This document shows positions 18,510-27,542 of a stretch of DNA of 64,000 nucleotides, piece after piece. Within the stretch, counting starts at the first letter, position 1. Every line of letters starts with the position of its first letter. The stretch spans positions 384,001-448,000 of the forward strand of contig CAVYSW010000009.1 of NCBI GenBank assembly GCA_963771275.1, written 5' to 3'. The notes beneath the pieces are model-generated. The model was not told where the DNA came from, searched no databases, and saw only the letters and a program-made list of their open reading frames with translations. This DNA comes from an uncultured Gemmatimonadales bacterium (GTDB taxonomy: Bacteria; Gemmatimonadota; Gemmatimonadetes; Gemmatimonadales; GWC2-71-9). The translations under genes and the position numbers were made by a program.

Positions 18510-18844
18510 GCGTGGTCGTGCCCAGCAACCGCCGGCGCCAGGCCCACGAGGGCCGCCAGCGCGGACCGCGCGGGATAGCCGCCGGACGCCACGACGTCCC
18601 CTCGCCAGAGCACGAGCGGCAGGGACGCCGTGCCCTGTTGCTGGAGGGTGCGCCGCACCACCGCGTTGGCGACGAACGCCTGCGCCTCCTGTGACAGGTT
18701 GTAGCGCCGCACGTCCACCCCGCGCGCGCGCAGCCATTCCAGGTCCGCGGCGAACCGCGGCAGCGCCGGATCCACCTCCACACCACAGACGCCGCTGGGG
18801 CAGCACATGGGCGGATCGAAGATCTCCAGTCGCTCCGGCTTCAT
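18506..18844 (-). CDS. arsD: Arsenic metallochaperone
   Basis: EIFDPPMCCPSGVCG, RYNL, GGYP; ATG 18844 with GGAGG SD. Confidence 0.93.
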   Translation of the reverse strand: MKPERLEIFDPPMCCPSGVCGVEVDPALPRFAADLEWLRARGVDVRRYNLSQEAQAFVANAVVRRTLQQQGTASLPLVLWRGDVVASGGYPARSALAALVGLAPAVAGHDHA

Positions 18845-18867
18845 ACCTCCCATACGTCCTTCCCTCC

Positions 18868-19632
18868 TCAGCCCGTGCGTCCCGGCGGCGCACCGCCGGT
18901 CCGGAGATAGTCCGCGAACTCATCGGGCAGATCGCTCGCCCGGATCCCCCTCGTCGCCCGCTCGAGGTCGTACTCCACGCGGACGAGTTCGGGTGTGGCC
19001 TTGCCATCCTCGAAATCGAGCAGGACGTATCCGGCCCGCCAATCGCCGTCCTTGGGCCGGCCCACCGAGCCGGTGTTCACGAAGTGGATCCCCTCGATCT
19101 CGCGATGCCAGGGCTTGTGCGTGTGTCCGAACGCGATCACGTCTCCAGGCCTGGCTCCGGCGATGCCCGCCATCCTGAGGCAGAAGCTGTCCGGCCGATC
19201 CTCGGTCCAGTAAACGGTATTGAGCGTGGGCGTACCGTGCACCAGGATCAGCGTGGCTCCCGACTGATGACCGCCCCCCAGGCGGACGTCCAGCCGGAAG
19301 GGGAGCGTCCTGAGGAACCGCTTCGTCTCGGCGTTCACGTGGCGGCGGGTCCAGTCGTAGCTGAGGTGCGACAGCTCCTCCTGGCGTGGATCCTCGTACT
19401 TGCAGCCGCAGTGCTTGTAGTCGGTGGCGACCGTCGAGTCGTAGTTGCCGGCGATCCCGGCAATCCCGGCGTCGCGCAGGAGGGCCACCGTCTCGTCCGG
19501 CCATGGCGCGTAGCCGACCAGATCGCCCAGGTGATAGGTGGCCGTGATGCCGTCCCTGGCCGCGAGGTCCGCGAGCACCGCCTCGAGCGCCGGGGCGTTG
19601 GCGTGGACGTCCGAGATGAGCGCGTACTTCAT
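18868..19632 (-). CDS. Metallophosphoesterase (calcineurin-like) with CGC insert
   Basis: SDVHAN, LGDLVGY, GNYD, HG, GHTH and NTGSVG motifs; ATG 19632 overlaps the acr3 stop. Confidence 0.88.
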   Translation of the reverse strand: MKYALISDVHANAPALEAVLADLAARDGITATYHLGDLVGYAPWPDETVALLRDAGIAGIAGNYDSTVATDYKHCGCKYEDPRQEELSHLSYDWTRRHVNAETKRFLRTLPFRLDVRLGGGHQSGATLILVHGTPTLNTVYWTEDRPDSFCLRMAGIAGARPGDVIAFGHTHKPWHREIEGIHFVNTGSVGRPKDGDWRAGYVLLDFEDGKATPELVRVEYDLERATRGIRASDLPDEFADYLRTGGAPPGRTG

Positions 19633-20702
19633 GCCGTCTGCTCCACGCCGTCGAACCAGTGCCTGGTCGCGACACAGACGTGGCACACCGACAGCATCAC
19701 GGGCACCTCCACGAGCACGCCCACCACGGTGGCCAGCGCGGCTCCCGAATCGGCGCCGTACAGGGCGATGGCCGTGGCCACGGCCAGCTCGAAGAAGTTG
19801 GACGCGCCAATCAAAGCACCCGGGGCGGCGACCGGATACGGCACCTTGAACAGCCGCATCAGCCCGTACGTGAGCGAGGAGTTGAAGTAGACCTGAATGA
19901 GAATCGGAATGGCGATCAACACCACGTGGAACCAGCGCGTCGTGATGTTCTCGGCCTGGAAGGCGAAGATGAGGACGAGCGTGGTGAGTAGGGCCAGCAC
20001 CGTGACCGGGGCGAAGAGCGCGACGTACCGGCCGTTGAACCACTCCACGCCCTTGCGGGCGATCAGCGTCCGCCGGCTGATCGAGCCCGCCGCGAGCGGG
20101 ATCACCACGAAGATGATCACGGAATAGAGGAGTACCTCGAACGGCACCTGGAGACCCGAGGCGCCGGACACGAGGAGCTTCACGACCGGCGCGAACGCGA
20201 CCAGCATGATGAGGTCGTTGACCGAGACCTGCACCAGCGTGTAGGCCGGATCGCCATCGGCCAGATACGACCACACGAACACCATGGCCGTGCACGGCGC
20301 CGCTGCGAGGATGATCACGCCCGCGATGTACTGGCTCGCCAGCTCTTGCCCGATCAGCGGCAGGAACAGGTGGCGGAAGAACAGCCAGCCGAAGAACGCC
20401 ATCGAGAAGGGCTTCACGAGCCAGTTCACGAACACGGTCACGAACAGGCCCCTGGGACGCTTGCCGACGTGCTTGATCGAGGCGAAGTCGATCTTGAGCA
20501 TCATGGGGTAGATCATGAGCCAGATCAGGACGGCGATGGGCGCGTTGATGTGGCTCCCCTCCCCGAACTCGAGCCCCCGGATCACGCCGACGAACCCGGG
20601 GAACGATTTCCCGATCACGACGCCGAGGACCATGCAGAGCGCCACCCAGAGGCTCAGGTAGCGCTCGAACACGTTCATCTGCTTGGCACCCTGAGCCGTC
20701 AT
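19629..20702 (-). CDS. acr3: Acr3 arsenite efflux transporter
   Basis: FERYLSLWV, MIYPMMLKIDF, NWLVKPFSM, AAPCTAMV and GASNFFELAVA motifs. Confidence 0.95.
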   Translation of the reverse strand: MTAQGAKQMNVFERYLSLWVALCMVLGVVIGKSFPGFVGVIRGLEFGEGSHINAPIAVLIWLMIYPMMLKIDFASIKHVGKRPRGLFVTVFVNWLVKPFSMAFFGWLFFRHLFLPLIGQELASQYIAGVIILAAAPCTAMVFVWSYLADGDPAYTLVQVSVNDLIMLVAFAPVVKLLVSGASGLQVPFEVLLYSVIIFVVIPLAAGSISRRTLIARKGVEWFNGRYVALFAPVTVLALLTTLVLIFAFQAENITTRWFHVVLIAIPILIQVYFNSSLTYGLMRLFKVPYPVAAPGALIGASNFFELAVATAIALYGADSGAALATVVGVLVEVPVMLSVCHVCVATRHWFDGVEQTA

Positions 20703-21118
20703 TCTCTGGCTCCCGCGGCATGAAGAATGGGTCGCGTAATGCCCAATTCGGCGAGGTCGAGGTCCAGCCGGCACAACTCGACGACATCCACCGCTCGAAG
20801 CTGGCGCAGCACCGCCGTGTCAGCGCGGACCATCGGGTCGGCGCGCAGCCTGGACCACACCTGCTCGAGAACCCCGACGGCGTCGGCTTGGTCACTCAGA
20901 CGGTAGTGCACCCAACGCCCTTCCTTCCGTTCCGCGATCAGACCTCCGCGCCTGAGCTCAGCCAGGTGGGCTGACACGGTGGAGGGGGAGAGATCGAGGA
21001 CCGCGGCAATCTGGCAGCCGCACAGCTCGCCGGGACGGAGCATCGCGAGAACGCGCAGGCGGGCGGGGTGCGCCAGGGCCTTGAAGGTCTGCACGAGGTC
21101 CGAAAGCGAAGCAGCCAC
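20699..21118 (-). CDS. arsR: ArsR repressor of the ars operon
   Basis: FKALAHPARL, ELCGCQI and STVSAHL motifs; first gene of the acr3 operon. Confidence 0.88.
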   Translation of the reverse strand: MAASLSDLVQTFKALAHPARLRVLAMLRPGELCGCQIAAVLDLSPSTVSAHLAELRRGGLIAERKEGRWVHYRLSDQADAVGVLEQVWSRLRADPMVRADTAVLRQLRAVDVVELCRLDLDLAELGITRPILHAAGARE

Positions 21119-21154
21119 GATGACTCCATTTCGTTACTTGGCCAACTGACGCAT

Positions 21155-21183
21155 ATTATGGACGCAGGTGAAACGGGAGTCAA
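21155..21183 (-). promoter_or_regulatory. Sigma70-type promoter of the ars operon (TTGACT-N17-CATAAT)
   Basis: Near-consensus hexamers with a 17-nt spacer, 36 nt upstream of the arsR start. Confidence 0.7.
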
Positions 21184-21480
21184 GGCCCGGCACACCAGCC
21201 GGCCACCCGGGCCGCGCCCGGTCCCACCCGTCACCACGGTCATCGCCATGACGCCGTCCGCGGGCAACCGGAAGCTCGCTGCCGTCCGGAGTCATCAGAG
21301 CCAGCGGCATCTCCAGACGGACACGCCCGCATCGCGCGCGCTCATTGTGGAAGCACCGGAACATTTCCACCGCGCGGCGCCTCGCGCCGACATGCGGACC
21401 CTCGAAACCACGCTCGAGGACCTGCTGCCGGCCCTGCGTCAAGCCGCACGTCACGGCCGCAGCCGTCAGGAAGCCCTCCG

Positions 21481-21942
21481 ATGACGACCCGCTCGTCGGT
21501 CGCGCCCTCGGTGGCGGCCCGCCGCTTCGGCGCGCTTGCCGATCCCACCAGACTGCGGATCGTCACCCTCATGGTGCAGGGGGAATGGTGCGTGTGCGAG
21601 CTGGCCTCGGCGGTCGGCCTCGCGCAGCCGCTCGCCTCGTACCACCTGAGGGCGCTGCGACGGGCCGGATTCCTCCACGTCAGGCGCGAGGGTCGCTGGC
21701 ACTACTACGCCTTGAACCGGGAGCAGTTCGAGGGGTGCCAGGCGTGGATTCGTAACACACTCGAAGGGATTGACGAATCCGCTCACCTCGGGCGGCGGTG
21801 CTGCAGCACTGGAGCAAGGCCCAACGTGCCTTCGGCACATGCCGAGGCTGTGGCCGACGTGATGCCGTTAGGACGGCGAGTCCCGACGAGAGACCCCTCC
21901 AGGGCACGGCGCCCCGACGCACGCGCCAGCACTGACAGCTAA
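21481..21942 (+). CDS. Third ArsR/SmtB-family regulator, with C-terminal vicinal CC
   Basis: FGALADPTRL, EWCVCEL, SYHL..LR.AG, RREGRW.YY and RRCC motifs. Confidence 0.8.
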   Translation: MTTRSSVAPSVAARRFGALADPTRLRIVTLMVQGEWCVCELASAVGLAQPLASYHLRALRRAGFLHVRREGRWHYYALNREQFEGCQAWIRNTLEGIDESAHLGRRCCSTGARPNVPSAHAEAVADVMPLGRRVPTRDPSRARRPDARASTDS

Positions 21943-21950
21943 CTCCCGCC

Positions 21951-22004
21951 GTTACAACCTTGTAACCGGCTCGTGGCCGGCGCTTGACGAGCCGGGCACA
22001 AGCT
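21951..22004 (+). promoter_or_regulatory. Putative Pho-box array upstream of the GT4 operon (probably leaderless)
   Basis: GTTAC 21951, GTAAC 21962, GTGGC 21973, TTGAC 21984, then CAAGCT 21999-22004; GTG start at 22011. Confidence 0.55.
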
Positions 22005-22010
22005 ACATCC

Positions 22011-23162
22011 GTGCACATAGCCCTCGTCACCGACACGTACACCCCCCAGGTGAACGGGGTGACGACCGTCGTGCGCCGCATGGCACAGACGATCGCGCGC
22101 GCCGGCCATGCGTGCGCGGTGGTAGCGCCGCGTTACCCCGGTGACGGCGTCGCCCCTGCGCTGGAGCTGCGGCTCCCCTCCATTCCGTTTCCTCCGTACC
22201 CCGCGATCCGCCTCGCGCTGATGGCCGGCGGGCCGGTGAGGCGGTACCTCGATGCCTTCGGTCCGGACATCGTGCACGTGGCCACCGAGGGACCGCTGGG
22301 CCTCGTCGGTCGAGGCTACGCGATCCGCCACAAGCTGCCGCTCGTGACCGCGTTTCACACGGACTTCCCGGGGTACTGCCGTCACTACCGCGCCCCGGGG
22401 CTCGAGCCCGCGGTGTGGCGCTGGCTCCTGTGGTTCCACCGCCCGGCACGCCTCACCCACACGCCCGGCGAGTTCGTGCGGGACAGGCTCATCGCAAAGG
22501 GGATCCACCAGGCCGTGGTATGGGGACGCGGGGTGGACACAGACCACTTCCGGCCCGACCGCGATCGCGCCCCGTGGCGCTGGCGCCTCGGGCTGCCGGC
22601 GGGGGCGGCGCTCGTGCTTCACGTGGGGCGCCTGGCGCCGGAGAAGAATCTCGAGACGCTCTGGGAATCGTGGGCGATCGCGCACGCGGCGCTCGGCGCG
22701 CGCGCGCAGTTCGTCGTGGCGGGCGACGGCCCCACAGCGGCACTCGTCCGCAGCCGGATGCCGTGGGCCACCCACCTCGGCTTCCTCAACCGCGAGACCC
22801 TGGCCGACCTGTACGCCGCCGCCGACCTCTGCGTCCTGCCCTCCGCAACCGAGACCTGCGGCCTCGTGGCGCTCGAGGCCATGGCGAGCGGTGTGCCCGT
22901 CGTGGCCGCCGACGCGGGCGGCTTTCGCGAGAGCATCCGGCACGGCGTTACGGGCCTGCTCGCGCGGCCCAGGGACCCCGAGGCGCTCGCCGCCCACGTC
23001 ATCCACCTCGCCATGGAGCGGGAGCGTCGCCTCGCCCTGGCGGCGGCGGCGCGGCGCTTCGCCCTGTCGCGCAGCGCCGCGCTCGACGACGCATCCCTGC
23101 TGGTGCAGTACCAGACCATCCTCGGGCACGATCTCCCGAAGGGAAGCGAATGCGCCGCGTAG
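22011..23162 (+). CDS. GT4 glycosyltransferase (glycolipid-synthase-like subgroup)
   Basis: TDTYTPQVNGV, HVATEGPLG, FHTDFP, GRGVD, VGRLAPEKN and ETCGLVALEAMASG motifs. Confidence 0.88.
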   Translation: MHIALVTDTYTPQVNGVTTVVRRMAQTIARAGHACAVVAPRYPGDGVAPALELRLPSIPFPPYPAIRLALMAGGPVRRYLDAFGPDIVHVATEGPLGLVGRGYAIRHKLPLVTAFHTDFPGYCRHYRAPGLEPAVWRWLLWFHRPARLTHTPGEFVRDRLIAKGIHQAVVWGRGVDTDHFRPDRDRAPWRWRLGLPAGAALVLHVGRLAPEKNLETLWESWAIAHAALGARAQFVVAGDGPTAALVRSRMPWATHLGFLNRETLADLYAAADLCVLPSATETCGLVALEAMASGVPVVAADAGGFRESIRHGVTGLLARPRDPEALAAHVIHLAMERERRLALAAAARRFALSRSAALDDASLLVQYQTILGHDLPKGSECAA

Positions 23163-23980
23163 CCATCGTCCTGGTGGACGGCCTTCGACCCGACGCGGTC
23201 GCGCTCGCCCCGATGCCGGCATTGGACCGGCTCGGCAAGGACCATGTGCGCGCCCTCGGCGCGGCCACCATCCGGCCGAGTGCCACCGTGGCGGCGCTCG
23301 CGACGTTGGCCACCGGCCTGAGCCCCGCCGCTCACGGCCTGATGGAGCCCGGGCTGCACTTCCTCCGACGGCTCGGCGGACTCCGGCCCCTTCCCGCCGA
23401 GCTGGCGCGGCACGCCCTCCCGACCACCGTCGTCACTACCCGCTTGCCGGGCCCGGCTCTCGCGATCGCGCAGGCACTCACCGCATTCGCGGGAATCCGT
23501 CACTTCGTCGCTGCTGGCCGGACGGCGCTCGAGACGGCGCTCACCGCCCGGGAGTGCTTCGAACGGATGGACGCCGGGCTGTTGTTCGTCTATCTCCCGG
23601 ACTGCGACCGCACCGGCCACCGTGCCGGCTGGATGTCCTCCGCGTACCTGCGGAGCGCCGCCGACGTCGATGGCGCCCTCGACCTGTTCACCCAGGGGCT
23701 CGGCGACGGGACCGTCTTCGTGCTCGCCGACCACGGCGGTGGCGGCGTGTATCCCCGCGACCACGACCTGCCGCACCCGGCGAACGACCACATTCCGCTC
23801 GTCGTCGCCGGTCGCTCGACCCGCCGGCGCTGCGTGCTCCCCGAGCCGGTGTCCATCCTCGACGTCCCGGCCACCGTGCTCTGGCACCTCGGCCTCGCCG
23901 TCCCGGAGACGTACGAGGGACGCGTGCTGCGCCACGCCTTCCTCGCGACGTCACTCGGGGCAGAGGTAGCCGCGGCATGA
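23150..23980 (+). CDS. Alkaline-phosphatase-superfamily phosphodiesterase (NPP-like), no signal peptide
   Basis: LVDGLRPD, PSAT (Thr nucleophile), DRTGH, ADHGG and DH motifs; ATG 23150. Confidence 0.78.
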   Translation: MRRVAIVLVDGLRPDAVALAPMPALDRLGKDHVRALGAATIRPSATVAALATLATGLSPAAHGLMEPGLHFLRRLGGLRPLPAELARHALPTTVVTTRLPGPALAIAQALTAFAGIRHFVAAGRTALETALTARECFERMDAGLLFVYLPDCDRTGHRAGWMSSAYLRSAADVDGALDLFTQGLGDGTVFVLADHGGGGVYPRDHDLPHPANDHIPLVVAGRSTRRRCVLPEPVSILDVPATVLWHLGLAVPETYEGRVLRHAFLATSLGAEVAAA

Positions 23981-24405
23981 TGCGCCTGCTCACGCATCTG
24001 GGCGGAGCCCGGACAACGTTGGGGATCGGGCTGGCCCTGGTTCTGCTCGGAGATCGAACGGTCGGGCTCGCGGTCTTGCTCGCCAACGCGGCGTCGCACG
24101 TCGTCGTGCAGCTGCTCAAGCGTCTGGTGGCGCGCCCGCGGCCCTGCGACGGTTTCGGCCGGCCCCTGGCCCTGGTCGCGCTGCCGGACCCGTTCTCGTT
24201 TCCCTCCGGGCACGCCGCCGCGGCCACGGCCGTGGCCGCCACGGTGGCCTTCGCCCATCCACTGCTCGCCCCCGTGGTCCTCCCCCTCGCCGCGCTCGTC
24301 GCCGCGTCCCGGGTCACGCTACGCGTGCATCACGCGGGCGACGTCGTGGCCGGCGCGCTGCTCGGGCTGGCGGGGGCGCTCCTCGCCATCCGGCTCCTCC
24401 TCTAG
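23977..24405 (+). CDS. PAP2-family membrane lipid phosphatase
   Basis: KRLVARPRP, PSGH and SRVTLRVHHAGDV (C1-C3 motifs); ATGA overlap. Confidence 0.88.
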   Translation: MMRLLTHLGGARTTLGIGLALVLLGDRTVGLAVLLANAASHVVVQLLKRLVARPRPCDGFGRPLALVALPDPFSFPSGHAAAATAVAATVAFAHPLLAPVVLPLAALVAASRVTLRVHHAGDVVAGALLGLAGALLAIRLLL

Positions 24406-24445
24406 CTCCGGGAGTCCATCTCTCCACAACCCGGAATGTGGAGTA

Positions 24446-24510
24446 CTGACAGGGTCGTTACGGACTCGCGCTACGCGCGTCATGCAATCGTTACGGCCGG
24501 CACCGAGGCT
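24446..24510 (+). promoter_or_regulatory. Putative Pho-box array upstream of the TonB receptor
   Basis: CTGAC 24446, GTTAC 24457, degenerate unit 24468, GTCAT 24479, GTTAC 24490, then GAGGCT 24505. Confidence 0.6.
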
Positions 24511-24596
24511 TCCCTTGCTCGGCCGGCGCGCACGCGTGGGGCCTGCCCGCCGCCGAGCCCGAGATCACCTGCGGGCCCCAGGGACGCGACACACGT

Positions 24597-27404
24597 ATGG
24601 CACGTTCGATCCGCGGCGCGGCACTCGGACTCCTGTTCGCGGCGCTGTTGCTGGAGGGCCTCGCACTCTCGCCGAGGCTGCTCCTTGCCCAGGCGCAGGT
24701 CAGGACCATGGGACGTATCACGGGCCGCGTCATCAGCCAGGAGACGGGTCAGCCTGTCCAACGGGCGGAAGTGCACGTTGCCGGGACCAGCCTCCAGGCG
24801 CTCACCGACCTGAACGGACGGTACTTCGTCCCGAACGTCCCACCGGGCGCTCAGAACATCGAGGTCCGGCAGGTCGGCTTCACGTTCAAGACCGTGACCA
24901 ACGTGCTCATCACGGAGGACGAAACGACCGTGCTCGACGTCGCGCTCTCGTCCGCGACATTCGCCGTGGAAGCGATCACCGTGACCGCGCAGGTCGAGCG
25001 GGGCACGGTCGCCCGCGCGCTCGAAGAACAGCGCACTGCCCTGAACATCGTGAACGCGCTCAGCGCCGAGCAGATCGCGAAGACCCCCGACGCCGACGCC
25101 GCGGAGGCGGTGCGGCGAGTGAGCGGGGTCACGGTGCAGGACGACAAGTACGTGTTCGTGCGCGGCCTGGGCGAGCGCTACACCACCACCTCCCTCAACG
25201 GCGCGCGACTCCCCAGCCCCGAGCCGGAGAAGCGGGTGGTCCCGCTCGACCTGTTCCCGTCGAGTCTCCTGGAGTCCATTTCCACGTCGAAGACCTTCAC
25301 CCCCGACCAGCCTGGGGACTTCAGCGGGGCGGAGGTGAACCTCCGGACGCGCACGTTCCCCGTGAATCACCTGCTGCAGTTCTCGCTGTCTGGTGGGTAC
25401 AACAGCCTGGTGACGGGCCGGGATGTCCCCGCGCCGCCCACGACAGGCCGAGAATGGCTGGCCATGGCGGCCGGGCAGCGCCAGCTCCCCACGCAGCTCA
25501 CCGGCATCACGGATTTCTCGCAGCTCACCCAGAACGACATCAACGCCCTGATCCGCACGCTGCCGCGCCGGTGGACGGTCGACCAGGGCAGCGGGCCGCC
25601 CAATGTCTCGGGGAGCCTCTCGTTCGGGGGCGAGGATCCGGTCCTGGGATTGCATCTCGGCTACGTCGGGTCGCTGTCGTACTCCCGGAGCGAGCAGTTG
25701 CGCAAAGGGGAGATCCGCGCGCGCGCGGTCCCCCGCGACAGCACGGGCGTTCCCGCGCCCTACAACACGTTCACGGGCAGTACGGGACAGAGCAGCGTGC
25801 TCTGGGGCGGGCTGCTGAACCTGAGCGCCCTCATCGGGCACGCCACCAAGATCGAGCTGAACAACACGTACGACCGCACGGCCGACAACTCGGCGCACCA
25901 GGACTGGGGCACGCTGGAGGAGTTCCAGCAGGTGGACAGCGTGCGGCGCACCCAGCTGCAGTACGTGGAGCGCTCCGTGCGGTCCAATCAGCTCCGGGCG
26001 ACCCACCAGTTGGGCGCTCATAACCTCCTGATGTGGTCGGTGACCTCTTCGGGCGTGACGCGCGCCGAGCCCGATCGCGCCGACCTGGCCTACGGCTATG
26101 AGCTGTCCGCCACCGGAGAGCGACTTCCGCTGGCTTGGTTGGGCTTCATTCCCGAGGCGGCCAAGCGCACCTCGTCCCAGCTTGCGGAGGACGCGCTGGG
26201 CGGCGACCTGGACTACGCGCTCTCCGTCGGCTCGCCCGAGCGGCCGGTGACGTTCAAGGTCGGTGGAGCTTATCGTCACACCAAGCGCGACGCCCACTCG
26301 GTGTCCTACAACGTGCGCGCGCTTGGCTTGGGCGCCGCCGCTCGCGCCGCCGGGCCGGACTCGCTGTTCTATGGCGCGTTCACCAACCCCGACTCCGCGC
26401 GCGTCACGCTCGAGCCGAACAATAGCGGCGGCACCTATCAGGCAAGGGACCGGGTATCCGCCGGGTACCTCATGGCGGAAATCCCGCTGGGCGGCCGGCT
26501 CACCATCATGGGCGGCGCCCGGCTGGAGCGGTGGGCCCTCGACATGGATGCCGAGCCCGTCAGTCGGGGGACGGTCGCCATCACGCGCCGGAATACCGAC
26601 GTGCTGCCGTCGTTGGCCGTGAACGCGAAGCTGAGTCGGGACCAGACGCTGCGGCTGTCCGCCACGCAATCCCTGGCCCGGCCTGAGTACCGCGAGCTGG
26701 CCCCTGTGAGCTACCGCGACATGGTCGGCGAACGCGAGGTGTTCGGCGACTCCAGCCTCGTTCGCACCCTGGTCCAGAACTACGACGCACGGTGGGAGTG
26801 GTACCCCAATCCGAACGAGGTGGTCAGCGTCGCCGTGTTCGCGAAGCGCTTCGACCATCCGATCGAGCAGATCGACGTCGCCACCTCGGGCGCATCCCAG
26901 CTGAGCTTCATCAACGCCGAGTCGGCGGTCAACTACGGCATCGAGCTAGAGCTCCGCAAGGGACTCGGGTTCCTGGGTCTGTGGCCGCTCGCCCTCTTCA
27001 GCAACGGCACCCTGATGCGGAGCCGCATCAACACCAGCAACAGCAACCTCTCGGCGCTCACGAATGACCAGCGGCCCATGGTGGGGCAGGCGCCGTACGT
27101 GGTGAACGCCGGTCTCTCCTATGAGAGCCTGTCCGGCGCGACCAGCGCCACGCTGCTCTACAACGTCGTGGGGCCGCGCATCACCTCGGCCGCCGTCACC
27201 CCACTCACCGTCGACACCTACGAGCGGCCCCGTCACGTACTGGACTTCTCGTTCCGCTTCGCCGTCTACGGCGGGATGACCGCGAAGCTCGACGCCAAGA
27301 ACCTGCTCGACGCCGCGTACGAAGAACGACAAGGGGACGTCATCCGCTACCGCTACACCACGGGGCGCTCGTTCAGTCTCGGTGTGAATTGGCGCCTGCA
27401 GTAG
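24597..27404 (+). CDS. TonB-dependent receptor with N-terminal carboxypeptidase-regulatory-like domain
   Basis: Signal peptide, GRITGRV N-domain, plug (AAEAVRRVSGVT, VRGLGERY, LDLFPS), KNLLD, C-terminal GRSFSLGVNW. Confidence 0.92.
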   Translation: MARSIRGAALGLLFAALLLEGLALSPRLLLAQAQVRTMGRITGRVISQETGQPVQRAEVHVAGTSLQALTDLNGRYFVPNVPPGAQNIEVRQVGFTFKTVTNVLITEDETTVLDVALSSATFAVEAITVTAQVERGTVARALEEQRTALNIVNALSAEQIAKTPDADAAEAVRRVSGVTVQDDKYVFVRGLGERYTTTSLNGARLPSPEPEKRVVPLDLFPSSLLESISTSKTFTPDQPGDFSGAEVNLRTRTFPVNHLLQFSLSGGYNSLVTGRDVPAPPTTGREWLAMAAGQRQLPTQLTGITDFSQLTQNDINALIRTLPRRWTVDQGSGPPNVSGSLSFGGEDPVLGLHLGYVGSLSYSRSEQLRKGEIRARAVPRDSTGVPAPYNTFTGSTGQSSVLWGGLLNLSALIGHATKIELNNTYDRTADNSAHQDWGTLEEFQQVDSVRRTQLQYVERSVRSNQLRATHQLGAHNLLMWSVTSSGVTRAEPDRADLAYGYELSATGERLPLAWLGFIPEAAKRTSSQLAEDALGGDLDYALSVGSPERPVTFKVGGAYRHTKRDAHSVSYNVRALGLGAAARAAGPDSLFYGAFTNPDSARVTLEPNNSGGTYQARDRVSAGYLMAEIPLGGRLTIMGGARLERWALDMDAEPVSRGTVAITRRNTDVLPSLAVNAKLSRDQTLRLSATQSLARPEYRELAPVSYRDMVGEREVFGDSSLVRTLVQNYDARWEWYPNPNEVVSVAVFAKRFDHPIEQIDVATSGASQLSFINAESAVNYGIELELRKGLGFLGLWPLALFSNGTLMRSRINTSNSNLSALTNDQRPMVGQAPYVVNAGLSYESLSGATSATLLYNVVGPRITSAAVTPLTVDTYERPRHVLDFSFRFAVYGGMTAKLDAKNLLDAAYEERQGDVIRYRYTTGRSFSLGVNWRLQ

Positions 27405-27430
27405 GAGGGAGCCGGTCGCTGCGGGTCCCC

Positions 27431-27484
27431 GTCACTCGATTGTTACCGCCACGTGATCGGGCTCATACGCAGCCGTTCTAGGCT
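27431..27484 (+). promoter_or_regulatory. Putative Pho-box array upstream of the FN3/beta-helix lipoprotein
   Basis: GTCAC 27431, GTTAC 27442, GTGAT 27453, CATAC 27464, then TAGGCT 27479. Confidence 0.55.
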
Positions 27485-27542
27485 TTCCTCACTTCACGGA
27501 CTAGGTGCCCCACACCGCACCGCAACCAGGAGACCCGAACCG

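Noticed and set aside
16561..19890. 1109-aa ORF on + strand, and many other long Arg/Ala/Pro-rich ORFs such as 43591..46083 and 24480..26858
   Set aside because: Antisense or alternate-frame shadows of well-supported genes; expected in high-GC DNA and lacking motifs.
21221..21252. GTCCC/GTCAC/GTCAT/ATGAC pentamers upstream of the third ArsR as a Pho box
   Set aside because: Spacing is 9 bp rather than 11, so it does not fit the register of the six arrays.
21248..21484. Small ORF ending in an ATGA overlap with the third ArsR
   Set aside because: No recognisable motif or clear SD; could be real but is not supportable from sequence alone.
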